Below are positions 47,840 to 58,568 of a stretch of DNA of 64,000 bases, one piece after another (position 1 is the first letter of the stretch; the number at the start of each line of letters is the position of its first letter). Below the pieces are notes generated by a model. It was not told the origin of the DNA. It saw only the letters and a program-made list of their open reading frames with translations, and searched no databases. Source of the DNA: Geopsychrobacteraceae bacterium (GTDB lineage: Bacteria; Desulfobacterota; Desulfuromonadia; Desulfuromonadales; Geopsychrobacteraceae); NCBI GenBank assembly GCA_963676795.2, contig CAXXTB010000002.1, positions 1,376,001-1,440,000 of the forward strand, read 5' to 3'. A program made the position numbers and the translations under genes.

Positions 47840-48928
47840 ATGGCGAAAACAGTTGGAATCTTGACAGGTGGGGGCGATTGCCCAGGGTTGAATGCGGTTA
47901 TTCGCGGTGTTGTCAAAGCGGCTGTCCAGAACCGGGGTTGGCGCGTTCTGGGGATCGAAGACGGTTTTGACGGGCTGGTCGGCACACCGCGCTATCGGGA
48001 GCTCACTCTTGACAGCGTCAGGGGGATCCTGCCGCGTGGCGGGACGATACTCGGCACCAGTAACCGCGGTAATCCGTTCCGTTACCCGGTGGAAGAAAAC
48101 GGGCAAACGGTGTTTATGGATATTTCCCAGGATATTGTCGACACTGTGCGTCAGCTGGGCATCGATGTGCTGATCGCCGTTGGCGGTGACGGTACACTGA
48201 AAATCGCCCAGGGGTTGTTCGAAAAGGGGCTGCCTGTGGTTGGTGTGCCGAAGACGATCGACAACGATCTGCGCGCGACGGATGTGACCTTTGGCTACCG
48301 GACTGCGGTCAGTATCGTAACGGAAGCCCTTGATCGACTGCACACAACAGCGGAAAGTCATCATCGTGCCCTGTTTGTCGAGGTGATGGGCCGTGATGCC
48401 GGCTGGATTGCCCTTGAGTCCGGTATCGCCGGTTCCGCCGACGCGATTCTGATCCCGGAGATCCCCTTTTCTCTGGAACGGCTCTGTACAGCGATGCAAA
48501 AGAGCAAGGATAGCGGCCACCGCTATTTTCTCGTGGTCGTCGCCGAAGGAGCACATCCGGTCGACGGCGACAAGGTGGTGCTCAAGGCGGCGGCGGATAA
48601 CTTCGGTGTCGAGCGTCTTGGCGGCATCGCCTATCGGGTTGCTCACCAGGTGTCCCAGTGTGCCCGGATCGAAACCCGGGTCGTGATTCTCGGCCATCTC
48701 CAGCGTGGCGGCACGCCGTGTTCTTTTGACCGGATTCTGGCGACCCGCTTCGGCGTCAAGGCGGTTGAGCTGATTGCCAACGGCGAGTACGGCAAGATGG
48801 TTGCGCTCAAGGGGAGGAATGTTGTCTCTGTTGAGATCTCAAGCGCCGTATCGCAGTTGAATCTTGTCGATCCGCAGGGGGAGCTGGTTGAGACGGCCGA
48901 GGCGCTCGGTATTATGGTCGGCCGTTGA
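47840..48928 (+). CDS. pfkA: 6-phosphofructokinase (PfkA family, group III-like GGDG/PKTIDND signature)
   Basis: TGGGDCPGLN, GGTILGT, GGDGT, PKTIDND, EVMGR, LGHLQRGG. Confidence 0.93.
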   Translation: MAKTVGILTGGGDCPGLNAVIRGVVKAAVQNRGWRVLGIEDGFDGLVGTPRYRELTLDSVRGILPRGGTILGTSNRGNPFRYPVEENGQTVFMDISQDIVDTVRQLGIDVLIAVGGDGTLKIAQGLFEKGLPVVGVPKTIDNDLRATDVTFGYRTAVSIVTEALDRLHTTAESHHRALFVEVMGRDAGWIALESGIAGSADAILIPEIPFSLERLCTAMQKSKDSGHRYFLVVVAEGAHPVDGDKVVLKAAADNFGVERLGGIAYRVAHQVSQCARIETRVVILGHLQRGGTPCSFDRILATRFGVKAVELIANGEYGKMVALKGRNVVSVEISSAVSQLNLVDPQGELVETAEALGIMVGR

Positions 48929-49882
48929 TCAGGAGCCTTTTTTGACCCCTGCCGTGGAACGGACTTCGATACGCGTCTGTTCCTTTTCGCAGTTGGCGCG
49001 TCCGGGACAGTCCTGTCTGGAGCAGGGGTCGAAGTGGATGATGACGTCGGAGCCGGGGATCTCCTCTTCGATCTTTTTCTCCAGGTTGTCGGCGATTTCA
49101 TGTGCCTCGGCGACGGTCATGTTTTTGCAAAGCTCAAGATGAAAATCCATGATCTTCATTGAACCGGCGCGGCGGGTTCTCAGGCCGTGATAGCCGGTGT
49201 GAGGGCCGGCCTGAGAGGTGATCAGTTCGTCGATCCTGGTGCGGATCTCCTCGGGCAGCTGGTGGTCGAGCATGTCGGACAGGCTGCGTTTGATCAGCTC
49301 CAGAGCTTCGTGGAGGATGTAGACGGCAACCAGGATCGATAAGGCTGAATCGAGCCAGTGGATTCCGAACCAGCGGATCAATAGCAGTCCTACCATCAGC
49401 CCCAGGTTGGTATAGATGTCCATGCGAAAGTGCAGCGAGTCCGCTTCCAGCGCAGATGAGTCGGTCAGTCTGGCGACTTTGCGCAGGTAGCGTGCGATCA
49501 GCCAGGAGATGACTGCACTGATCGCGAGCACGCCGATTCCTTCGTTGACATGTTCGAGGCTTCTTCCTTCAGTCAGCCTGATAACGGCTTCATAGATGAT
49601 CCAGATGCCGGATAGGGTGATGACCAGTGCCTGAAACATCGTCGCCAAAGTTTCGAATTTGCCGTGGCCGAAGGGGTGGCATTCGTCGGGCGGCTGTTCG
49701 GCCTGACGGATGGCCATGAAGTTGACGCCCGACATCAGGATGTCGAGGATAGAATCGATGGCTGAAGCCATAACCGCCATCGAACCGCTGATCACGGCGA
49801 TGATCAGTTTGATGACCGCCAGTGTCAGGGCTCCGGCGACGGAGAATCCTGCCGCTCTGATTTTTGGGTTCTTGGACAGCAC
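48929..49882 (-). CDS. Cation diffusion facilitator (FieF-like) transporter
   Basis: SMAVMASAIDSILD, HPFGHGKFE, ADSLHFRMD, HFDP; Cys-rich tail CSRQDCPGRANC. GTG start at 49882 chosen. Confidence 0.88.
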   Translation of the reverse strand: MLSKNPKIRAAGFSVAGALTLAVIKLIIAVISGSMAVMASAIDSILDILMSGVNFMAIRQAEQPPDECHPFGHGKFETLATMFQALVITLSGIWIIYEAVIRLTEGRSLEHVNEGIGVLAISAVISWLIARYLRKVARLTDSSALEADSLHFRMDIYTNLGLMVGLLLIRWFGIHWLDSALSILVAVYILHEALELIKRSLSDMLDHQLPEEIRTRIDELITSQAGPHTGYHGLRTRRAGSMKIMDFHLELCKNMTVAEAHEIADNLEKKIEEEIPGSDVIIHFDPCSRQDCPGRANCEKEQTRIEVRSTAGVKKGS

Positions 49883-49892
49883 TCTTCTTCCT

Positions 49893-50402
49893 TTAGTCGT
49901 TCGGGCAGGCCCGTTCCCAGTCGTGGTAGCCATCATCGACAAGATTCAGGAAACTCTCGATGCGCTGCTGGTAGTAATGGATATCGTTGCAGGCAGCTGT
50001 GATTTCTGTGCAGCTAACCTCGTCCAGCAGTGAGTTCAAGGCGCAGAATCGGGCGAAACTTTTTATTCCGGCCAGGATGTCTTTCAGCTCTGTTATGTTG
50101 GCTTCAAGAGTGCTGATAATATACCAGTTGCCGGCAAAGGCCCTGACTCTGGCCGCGCTCAGGCTGAAGATGTTGGCCCGCTGATTGTCGATCATGAAAT
50201 CACGCAGGAAATAATCGGCGCCCGCCGCTTTGCTGCCGGCGATCAGCGGTTCATCCTCCTGCTGCAGGTGTTGATGAAACGTTTTCAGCAGCTCACGGCA
50301 CAGCTGATCGGCGCGAACTTCATCTTCAAGACTGCTGATCTGATAGTTTGATGGATTGAAAAGGTCTGGGCTGTTTTGTATGTCGTTTGTCATGGCGATC
50401 AT
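49893..50402 (-). CDS. Hypothetical protein
   Basis: 169-aa ORF with AAGGA RBS, 10 bp from the CDF start; no recognised motif. Confidence 0.7.
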   Translation of the reverse strand: MIAMTNDIQNSPDLFNPSNYQISSLEDEVRADQLCRELLKTFHQHLQQEDEPLIAGSKAAGADYFLRDFMIDNQRANIFSLSAARVRAFAGNWYIISTLEANITELKDILAGIKSFARFCALNSLLDEVSCTEITAACNDIHYYQQRIESFLNLVDDGYHDWERACPND

Positions 50403-50655
50403 ATTGTCCTTCTAAGTCATTATCTTCATGACATTAGATATCATTTCGGGGGCAAGACTGTCTCTATTTAATTCATCAGACAAGAGTCGCCGGGGACTGA
50501 TTTTTAGCATCGGCGCTCGCTTAACGTCAAGACGTCGACTCATGATCTTGTGTTTGCTTTAGCGGGGCTCCTTTGTTAGTATCTGCTGCTTCAGGGCGGT
50601 TTAGGTTCTGACCTATTATTCTTTTTTGTTTCTATGCATTGTTCAGGGTTACAGC

Positions 50656-53271
50656 ATGTCGACGGCAACACCATTGATGCGTCAGTATCTGGAGATCAAG
50701 TCCCAGTATCAGGATGCTATACTGTTTTTCCGCCTGGGGGACTTCTATGAGATGTTCATGGAAGATGCCGTCACCGCATCCCGAATCCTTGGTATCACCC
50801 TGACTTCACGCAACAAGGGGGAGGAAGATTCTGTTCCGCTCTGTGGTATCCCGTTTCACAGCAGCCAGGGGTATCTCGCCAAGCTGGTCTCCGCCGGCTA
50901 TAAGGTGGCGATCTGCGAACAGGTTGAAGACCCCAAAACGGCAAAAGGGATCGTCAAGCGGGAGGTCGTCCGGGTTGTGACGCCGGGGCTGGTCACCGAT
51001 ACCGATATCCTCGACCCCAAGACCAATAATTATCTGCTCGGTGTCGTTCAGGGAGAGACCGGCTTCGGTATCGCTCATGTCGATATCACCACCGGTCAGT
51101 TCCGCACCACGGAGGTGGAGAGCCTTGAAGAGATCAAGAGTGAAATAGCCTCCCTGCGGCCGCAGGAGCTGGTCTTCTGTGACGACGAGGCGGGACGGGA
51201 GCTGCAGAAAAAACTGTCCTCTCTGTGCGTCGATCTCTGTATTAACATGCTTCCCGACTGGGTCTTTCAGGCCGATCACAGTTTTCAGCTGCTCTGTTCC
51301 TTCTTCAATGTCGCCGGGATGCAGTCGTTCGGCTGCGACAATCTTCTGGCTGCCCAGTCGGCTGCGGGAGCCGTACTCTATTATCTGCAGCAGACCCAGA
51401 AGGAAGAATTGCGCCATCTGCGCCCGTTGCAGACCTATCATATCCGCAACTACATGCTGCTCGACGATTCAACGCGGCGCAACCTGGAGTTGACGGCGAC
51501 CATGCAGGACGGCAAGAAACGCGGCTCGCTGCTCGGGGTTCTCGACCGCACAGTGACCGCCATGGGCGGCCGTACCCTGCGCCAGTGGATACACTATCCG
51601 TTGGTCGATGCGCAACAGATCAATTTCCGTCTTAACGCCGTTGCCGAGCTGGTCGATAACAGCCTGCCGCGCCTCGATCTGCGCGATGCTCTCGACGGCG
51701 TTTACGATCTGGAGCGACTCAACAGCAAGATTTCCATGGCCAGCGCCAACGCCAAGGACCTGAGTGCGCTGCGCGCTTCTCTGCAGAAGCTGCCGCAGGT
51801 GGATGATCTGCTCGATTCCCTGAGCTGTCCGATGATTGCCGAGTTGCGTCAGCAGATCGACCTGCTGCCGGAACTTGTCGAACTGCTGGAGACGGCGATC
51901 GTCGATGATCCCCCCTTTGTCCTGCGTGACGGTGGTCTGATCCGTGACGGTTACAGTGCGGAGCTTGATGAACTGCGCACCATCAGCCGGGAAGGGAAGG
52001 GCTGGATCGCCGCCCTGGAGCAGCAGGAGCGCGAGCGGACCGGGATCCCTTCGCTGAAGATCAAGTTCAACAAGATCTTCGGCTATTTCATCGAGGTGAC
52101 TAACCGCAATCTTGACCGGATTCCGGAAGACTATCAGCGCAAGCAGACACTGGCCAATGCGGAGCGTTATATCACGCCCGGCCTGAAGGATTACGAAACC
52201 AAGGTCCTGGGTGCCGAGGAGCGGCTGGTCGAGCTGGAATACGATCTGTTCCAGCAGGTCAGGCTGCAGGTTGCCGAGCAGGGTGCCCGCATCCAGCGCA
52301 CCGCCGAAGCGCTGGCGGTCATCGATGTGCTGACCGCCCTGGCCGACCTGGCCCATGATCGCAACTATGTGCGGCCGCTGATCGATACCTCAGGTGTGCT
52401 GTCGATCGAGGCGGGGCGCCATCCGGTGGTCGAAGGGATGCCGCTCAAGGAGGCCTTCGTCCCCAACGATGTCGAGCTCGATACGGAAAAGAACCAGCTG
52501 CTGATCATTACCGGTCCGAATATGGCCGGTAAATCGACCTTCATGCGCCAGGTTGCCCTGATCGCCCTGATGGCCCAGATAGGCAGTTTCGTTCCGGCGG
52601 AAAAAGCCAGGGTCGGTGTCGTCGACCGCATCTTTACTCGCGTTGGCGCTAGTGATAATCTGGCAAGAGGTGAGTCGACCTTTATGGTTGAGATGAACGA
52701 AACGGCGAATATCCTGCGTCACGCAACGAAGAACAGCCTGATCGTTCTTGACGAGATCGGGCGCGGTACCTCGACCTATGACGGAGTCAGTATCGCCTGG
52801 GCCGTGGCAGAGTATCTTCATGACAACAACAAGGTTGCGGCGAAAACCCTGTTTGCGACCCACTATCACGAACTGACCGACCTGGCCCTGACCAGAGAGC
52901 GGGTCAAGAACTACAACGTCGCCGTCAAGGAGTGGAACGACCAGATCATTTTCCTGCGCAAGATCCTCTCGGGGGGTGCCAGCCGTTCCTACGGTATCCA
53001 GGTCGGGCGTCTGGCCGGATTGCCGGAGCCGGTCATCGAGCGGGCCAAGGAGATCCTGAAGAACCTGGAAGCTGGAGAGTTCACCAGGCCGGGCGTGCCC
53101 CGGCTCGGGCAGAGTAAAAGCCGCCCGCAGAAAAAGCCGGAACAGCAGATGGCGCTGTTCCAGACGCAAGGAAACGATCAAATCCGCGATCGCCTCGAAC
53201 AGGTCGATCTGTCGACAACGACACCGATTGAAGCACTGAATATCCTTGACGAGCTTAAAAGACTGCTGTGA
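50656..53271 (+). CDS. mutS: DNA mismatch repair protein MutS
   Basis: [55 protein letters not shown]. Confidence 0.97.
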   Translation: MSTATPLMRQYLEIKSQYQDAILFFRLGDFYEMFMEDAVTASRILGITLTSRNKGEEDSVPLCGIPFHSSQGYLAKLVSAGYKVAICEQVEDPKTAKGIVKREVVRVVTPGLVTDTDILDPKTNNYLLGVVQGETGFGIAHVDITTGQFRTTEVESLEEIKSEIASLRPQELVFCDDEAGRELQKKLSSLCVDLCINMLPDWVFQADHSFQLLCSFFNVAGMQSFGCDNLLAAQSAAGAVLYYLQQTQKEELRHLRPLQTYHIRNYMLLDDSTRRNLELTATMQDGKKRGSLLGVLDRTVTAMGGRTLRQWIHYPLVDAQQINFRLNAVAELVDNSLPRLDLRDALDGVYDLERLNSKISMASANAKDLSALRASLQKLPQVDDLLDSLSCPMIAELRQQIDLLPELVELLETAIVDDPPFVLRDGGLIRDGYSAELDELRTISREGKGWIAALEQQERERTGIPSLKIKFNKIFGYFIEVTNRNLDRIPEDYQRKQTLANAERYITPGLKDYETKVLGAEERLVELEYDLFQQVRLQVAEQGARIQRTAEALAVIDVLTALADLAHDRNYVRPLIDTSGVLSIEAGRHPVVEGMPLKEAFVPNDVELDTEKNQLLIITGPNMAGKSTFMRQVALIALMAQIGSFVPAEKARVGVVDRIFTRVGASDNLARGESTFMVEMNETANILRHATKNSLIVLDEIGRGTSTYDGVSIAWAVAEYLHDNNKVAAKTLFATHYHELTDLALTRERVKNYNVAVKEWNDQIIFLRKILSGGASRSYGIQVGRLAGLPEPVIERAKEILKNLEAGEFTRPGVPRLGQSKSRPQKKPEQQMALFQTQGNDQIRDRLEQVDLSTTTPIEALNILDELKRLL

Positions 53272-53275
53272 GAGA

Positions 53276-54970
53276 ATGAAAAAATATAGTGTAATTTTAC
53301 TGGTTTTGACTTTTTGCCTGATCACGGTCGGATCTTCTGTCTGGGCGGAAGATTATGCGACCCTGCGTAGCGACTATCGGCAGCTGGTCAGTTCGCCTGC
53401 GCTTCAGCAGCAGCGCTTGAGCTGGGAACGGCTGATCAAGCGTTTCAATGCCTTCGTCAGTCGCTCTGATTCAAAACAGAACCTGGAAAATGCCTCCTTT
53501 CTGCGGGCCCGGACCTGGGACGGTCTGGCCCATGTCTCGGGGCGCTCCTCCGATGCGCAGATTGCCATTGAGGTCTATACGGAATTTGTCGATCTCTATC
53601 CGGACAGCCGTTTGAGTGACGACTCCCTGTTTTCAGCCGCCGTCATCGCTGAGGATCTGCTTGAGGACAACAACCGCGCTTATCAGCTGTTTCAACGGAT
53701 ATTGCTCGAATACGACAATGGCGATATGGCCGGGGATGCGCGAAACCATTTCGTCAGCCTGAAAAAACCGGTCTCGACGGCCTCTTACAGTTCTTCAGGT
53801 GCTGCAAGCCATACGCTCCTGGGCAGTGCGCCGACCCTGGAGAATATCCGCTACTGGAGCGGCCCTGAATATACCCGGATCGTTCTCGACCTGAACGCCC
53901 CCGTTGCGACGACGCCTCAACTGCTCAAGGGGGATGCACCGCGGATCTACTTCGATCTTCGCTATACGAAACTGGCCGCCGACCTGCCTGCTTCCGTGAC
54001 CATCGGCAATGGCCTGGTCCTCGGCGTCCGTACCAGCCCTTACGATCCGCAGACGTCGCGGGTCGTCATCGACCTGAACCGTATTGCCGACTATAAGATT
54101 TCGGTCCTGCAGAACCCGCACCGCCTTGTTGTCGATGTTATGGGGGCTCCGGAAAAGGTGGTCCTGACGGCTCCGGTCAAGGATGACAAGTCGTTGCGCA
54201 GCGACGATTCTATCGCAGGAATTCTCGACACTGTTCCTGATGACCAGAAGACCCTGCACGTCCCGCAGCAGCGGCGCGATGAGGGGATCAGGACGATCGT
54301 GGTCGATGCCGGTCATGGCGGCAAGGATCCGGGCGCCATCGGCCCGGGTGGCGTCTATGAAAAAACGGTTACGCTGGCCATGGCCAAGGCCCTGGCAACC
54401 AGTTTGCGTCAGCGGCTCGGGGTCAAGGTCCTGCTAACCCGCTCCGATGACCGTTTTATCGAATTGAGGGAGCGTACCGCTTTCGCCAATCGCGTCAATG
54501 CCGATCTCTTCATCTCCCTGCATGCCAATGCCAGCCGCAGCTCCGGGGCTTACGGGGTCGAGAGTTATTTTCTCAACCTGTCGAAAAACGGTCAGGCGGC
54601 AGAGGTCGCTGCCCGGGAAAACGGTACCAACATCGAGGATGTCGGTAACCTGGAAGCGATTCTTTTTGACCTGATGGCGAACGCAAAGATCAATGAATCG
54701 AGCCGACTCGCCGCGGAGGTACAGCAGTCGCTGGTTGCTGGTCTGTCACCGCATTACAGCAAGATCAAGGACCTTGGCGTCAAACAGGGGCCTTTTCATG
54801 TTCTGCTCGGGGCGACCATGCCTTCGGTACTGGTCGAAGCGGCATTTATCAGCAACAACAGGGAAGAAAAGCGCCTCACCAGCAAGGCCTACCAGCAGCG
54901 TGTCGCAGACGCGATCGTCGACGGAATCAAGCATTATTCAGCATCATTTGAACAGGTTGCCCATAAATGA
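53276..54970 (+). CDS. N-acetylmuramoyl-L-alanine amidase (TPR-like N-terminus, AMIN domains, Amidase_3)
   Basis: Signal peptide, TPR-like helices, AMIN-type motifs (TRIVLDL, PRIYFD, HRLVVD), VDAGHGGKDPGA, SLHAN, PSVLVEAAF. Confidence 0.9.
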   Translation: MKKYSVILLVLTFCLITVGSSVWAEDYATLRSDYRQLVSSPALQQQRLSWERLIKRFNAFVSRSDSKQNLENASFLRARTWDGLAHVSGRSSDAQIAIEVYTEFVDLYPDSRLSDDSLFSAAVIAEDLLEDNNRAYQLFQRILLEYDNGDMAGDARNHFVSLKKPVSTASYSSSGAASHTLLGSAPTLENIRYWSGPEYTRIVLDLNAPVATTPQLLKGDAPRIYFDLRYTKLAADLPASVTIGNGLVLGVRTSPYDPQTSRVVIDLNRIADYKISVLQNPHRLVVDVMGAPEKVVLTAPVKDDKSLRSDDSIAGILDTVPDDQKTLHVPQQRRDEGIRTIVVDAGHGGKDPGAIGPGGVYEKTVTLAMAKALATSLRQRLGVKVLLTRSDDRFIELRERTAFANRVNADLFISLHANASRSSGAYGVESYFLNLSKNGQAAEVAARENGTNIEDVGNLEAILFDLMANAKINESSRLAAEVQQSLVAGLSPHYSKIKDLGVKQGPFHVLLGATMPSVLVEAAFISNNREEKRLTSKAYQQRVADAIVDGIKHYSASFEQVAHK

Positions 54971-57648
54971 ACAGCTCCACAGAAAGTGTAGAACTGATTC
55001 TGCCGTCAGCTACGGCACAGCAGTCCTATGACGATATCCGCTCAGATCTGCTGGCTCAGGCCAAGGATCACTATGACTCCAGTCTGGCCGCCATCCGCAT
55101 TCTGAGCGAGCAGGGTGGTTCTGGCCGTGAGATTGTCGAACGGCTGACGGCTTTGACCGATGAGTTGATTACGGCCATCTACAGGAGTGTCAGCTGCGAT
55201 CTTGATTCCTTCCATGTCGATCATTGCGCGCTGTTCGCTCTGGGAGGCTATGGCCGTGCGGAAATGAACCCGCGTTCGGACCTGGACCTGATGTTTTTTT
55301 ACGATCAGGTCGCGGAAAGCACGGTCAAGACGCTCTCCGACCGGATGCTTTACCTGCTCTGGGATATGGGATTCGATGTCGGTTACAGTGTCAGGACCGC
55401 CAAGGACTGTATCGATGAGTCGAAGGACGCTACGGTCAGAACCTCGCTGCTTGACGCCCGGTTTTTGACCGGCAACCCTGATCTGCTCACCACCTTTGCC
55501 ACTCAGGTCGGTAAATTTGTTCTCAATCAGGAGACCCAGGCCTTTATCAAGGTCAAGATGCTGGAACGGGAAGAGCGTAAAAAGAAGTACGGATCTTCGG
55601 TATATCTGCTTGAGCCGAACATCAAAGAGGGGGAAGGTGGCTTGCGCGAGCTGCACGACGCACTGTGGATCGCACGGACCAAATTCAAGGCCGAGAATCT
55701 TCGTGATCTGCTGATCAAGGGGGTGATGACCGAGGAAGAGCTGGAGCTCTACCTGTCGGCTCAGGAATACCTGTGGAAGATTCGTAATTTCCTCCATTTC
55801 AATGCGAGCCAGCGCAAGGGCGATCAGCTCACCTTCGAACTGCAGGAACAGATCGCCGGTTTTCTCGGCTATGTCAAATCGTCCACCGGTTCGGCCGTTG
55901 AGCAGTTTATGCAGGATTATTATACCCGGGCCATCGAGTACGAACACCTGGCCTCCAAGATCATCAATAAGGCGACGCGCAGCCAGAGCCAGGGGCTGTT
56001 TACTTTTTTGGGGCGGCGTAACCTCGAGCACGGCTTCTATGTTATCCGTGGCGAATTGCGTATCAAGGATGAAGAGCTGATTCTGCAACAGCCGGAACTG
56101 ATGATGATCGCTTTTGAGCTGTCACAGAAACAGGAAGCCCCGATGAGTCACGAGCTTGAACTGTTGATCCGGGAAAACCTTCACCTGTTCAACGACAGGG
56201 TGCGCAGATCAAAGCTGGTCAACGATTCCTTTATGGCGATTCTGCGCTATTCCAAAGGGGTCGGCAAGATTCTGCGGCGCATGCATTACCTGAAGTTTCT
56301 CAATGCCTTTATCCCTGAATTCAAGAAAATCTACTGCAAGGTTCAGTTCGATCTCTATCATATCTATACGGTCGATATTCATTCCCTGTTCGCTGTAGAG
56401 GAGATCGAGAAACTCTGGGCCGGTGAGTATGCCGAAGAGCGCCCGCGTTTGACTGAGGTTGCCAACCGGATCGAAAAGCGGGAACTGCTGCTGCTGTCGA
56501 TCCTGTTTCATGATATCGGCAAGGGAAGTGGTAAGGATCACAGCCAACGCGGTGCCGAGATGATTCCGACCATCGCCCGACGAATGCGCCTGAATCGCGA
56601 GGACAGCCAGCGCTTGCAGTTCCTTGTCCTTCATCACCTGCAGATGGCGCATATCTCCCAGCGGCGTGACCTGCAGGATATGCGCATGATTGCCCAGTTC
56701 GCCGAACTGATGGAGATGAGCGAAAATCTGATGATGCTCTATCTGCTGACCTTTGCTGACATCCGGGCGGTCGGCCCCGATGTCTGGACCGACTGGAAGG
56801 GCAACCTGCTTCGCGAGCTTTATGAGAAGGCCTATGATGTCCTCGAAAAGCAGGGCTTTTATCATGAACAGCGCTCCGAACGGATCCGCAAGCTCAAGCG
56901 CAAGCTGCGTGAAGAGCTGCTTGGTGAATACTCGGAGCATCAGGTGACCAGAGTGGTCAATAGTCTGAATAATCACTATCTGCTCAGTTATGGCGCAGAA
57001 CAGATCCTTCCGCACCTGAGGCTGGCTCTTAATCGCGGCAAGAAGACCGTCAATATGCAGGTCGAGCACGACCGGCGCCTGGGCTACACCGAGCTGACTC
57101 TGGCGACGGTCGATTGTCCGGGACTGTTCTCTTATATCGCCGGTGTCCTGGCCGCCAATTCGATCAATATCCTGGGTGCTCAGATCCATACCCGCAAGAC
57201 CGGTGCCGTGCTGGATATCCTCCAGGTTACCAACGCTGTTGGTGAGATCGTTGACAACGAGCAGAAGTGGCAGCGTGTCGAGGAGGACCTGTGCAAGGTG
57301 ATCGAAGGGCGCGTACGGGTCAGTGATCTGGTCGCCAAGTGCCAGCAGCCGAGTTTCATGGCCGCCAATAAGAAGCGGCCCAAGCGGCCAAACCGGGTCG
57401 AGTTCGACAACGAGGTTTCGGTCAAGTATACGGTCATCGATATCTTCGCGACCGATAAGGTCGGCCTGCTTTATGACATCACCCGGACCTTCAATGAGCT
57501 CGGACTGTACATCGCCGTTTCCAAGATTTCGACCAAGGTTGATCAGATTGCTGACGTCTTCTATGTCAATGATATCTTCGGTCAGAAGATCACCAACCCG
57601 GAAAAGATCGAAGAGATCCGTCAGACGATGCTGGAAAGACTGGGCTGA
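54967..57648 (+). CDS. glnD: [Protein-PII] uridylyltransferase / uridylyl-removing enzyme
   Basis: GGYGRAEMNPRSDLD, EPNIKEGEGGLR, HIYTVD.H, LFHDIGKG, two C-terminal ACT domains. Confidence 0.95.
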   Translation: MNSSTESVELILPSATAQQSYDDIRSDLLAQAKDHYDSSLAAIRILSEQGGSGREIVERLTALTDELITAIYRSVSCDLDSFHVDHCALFALGGYGRAEMNPRSDLDLMFFYDQVAESTVKTLSDRMLYLLWDMGFDVGYSVRTAKDCIDESKDATVRTSLLDARFLTGNPDLLTTFATQVGKFVLNQETQAFIKVKMLEREERKKKYGSSVYLLEPNIKEGEGGLRELHDALWIARTKFKAENLRDLLIKGVMTEEELELYLSAQEYLWKIRNFLHFNASQRKGDQLTFELQEQIAGFLGYVKSSTGSAVEQFMQDYYTRAIEYEHLASKIINKATRSQSQGLFTFLGRRNLEHGFYVIRGELRIKDEELILQQPELMMIAFELSQKQEAPMSHELELLIRENLHLFNDRVRRSKLVNDSFMAILRYSKGVGKILRRMHYLKFLNAFIPEFKKIYCKVQFDLYHIYTVDIHSLFAVEEIEKLWAGEYAEERPRLTEVANRIEKRELLLLSILFHDIGKGSGKDHSQRGAEMIPTIARRMRLNREDSQRLQFLVLHHLQMAHISQRRDLQDMRMIAQFAELMEMSENLMMLYLLTFADIRAVGPDVWTDWKGNLLRELYEKAYDVLEKQGFYHEQRSERIRKLKRKLREELLGEYSEHQVTRVVNSLNNHYLLSYGAEQILPHLRLALNRGKKTVNMQVEHDRRLGYTELTLATVDCPGLFSYIAGVLAANSINILGAQIHTRKTGAVLDILQVTNAVGEIVDNEQKWQRVEEDLCKVIEGRVRVSDLVAKCQQPSFMAANKKRPKRPNRVEFDNEVSVKYTVIDIFATDKVGLLYDITRTFNELGLYIAVSKISTKVDQIADVFYVNDIFGQKITNPEKIEEIRQTMLERLG

Positions 57649-57654
57649 AACAGG

Positions 57655-58551
57655 GTGAACGACCTCGACCGCAATATAGATATTTTTCTGAATTATCTGG
57701 TTGTTGAAAAAGGTCTTGCAGAAAATACTTTAATGGCCTATAGCCGGGATCTGGCCGGTTATGCCGCTTTCCTGCAGGACCGCAACTGTACCGAATGGGC
57801 TCAGGTTGACCCGTTGCTGCTGATCGACTATCTGACCCGGCTCAAGCAGGAGGGGCTCTCTGCCCGCAGTCGTGCGCGGATACTCAGCTCTCTGCGCGGC
57901 TTTCATCGTTTTCTGGTCCGCGAGCACTATGCCGAGCTGGATCCGACCGCGCTGATCGAGTCGCCCCGCACCTTGCGCTCACTGCCTGAGCTGCTGTCGA
58001 TGACTGAGGTCGACCGCTTGCTGGCAGCCGTTGGTGGGGAAGACGCCATCGCCGTGCGTGACAGGGCAATGCTTGAAGTCCTCTATGCCACCGGTTTGCG
58101 CGTCTCTGAACTGGTCGGCTTGCGGCTGGTTGACCTGAAACTGGATATCGGTTGTCTGAACGCTTTTGGCAAGGGGGCGAAGCAGCGCCTGGTCCCTCTG
58201 GGCGAACCGGCACTTGACGCCCTGACCGAATATCTGGAATATTCGAGGGGGCAACTGGTCCGGGAGCAAGCGGTTGGCGAGGTCTTCGTCAATCGTCGCG
58301 GTCAGCCGATGACCCGTCAGGGCTTCTGGAAAAATCTTAAGAATTATGCGCTCAAAGCGGGGATCAGCAAAGCCGTTTATCCTCACATGTTGCGACATTC
58401 CTTCGCAACGCACCTGCTCGAGAATGGTGCGGATCTGCGTGCTGTGCAGACCATGCTGGGACATGCGGATATCTCGACCACACAGATCTATACCCACGTG
58501 GTGCAGGAGCGCTTGAAACAGATTCATCAACAATTTCATCCACGTGGATGA
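57655..58551 (+). CDS. xerD: Site-specific tyrosine recombinase XerD
   Basis: EKGLAENT..AYSRDL, LYATGLRVSELV, TRQGFW, PHMLRHSFATHLL, LGHADISTTQIYTHV, HPRG. Confidence 0.93.
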   Translation: MNDLDRNIDIFLNYLVVEKGLAENTLMAYSRDLAGYAAFLQDRNCTEWAQVDPLLLIDYLTRLKQEGLSARSRARILSSLRGFHRFLVREHYAELDPTALIESPRTLRSLPELLSMTEVDRLLAAVGGEDAIAVRDRAMLEVLYATGLRVSELVGLRLVDLKLDIGCLNAFGKGAKQRLVPLGEPALDALTEYLEYSRGQLVREQAVGEVFVNRRGQPMTRQGFWKNLKNYALKAGISKAVYPHMLRHSFATHLLENGADLRAVQTMLGHADISTTQIYTHVVQERLKQIHQQFHPRG

Positions 58552-58568
58552 CAACAGAGGATTGATTC

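Noticed and set aside
47303..48697. 464-aa minus-strand ORF
   Set aside because: Antisense to exbD and pfkA.
57655..58551. Tyrosine recombinase as a possible prophage or island integrase
   Set aside because: Has XerD-specific motifs and a housekeeping context; no att sites or mobile genes seen.
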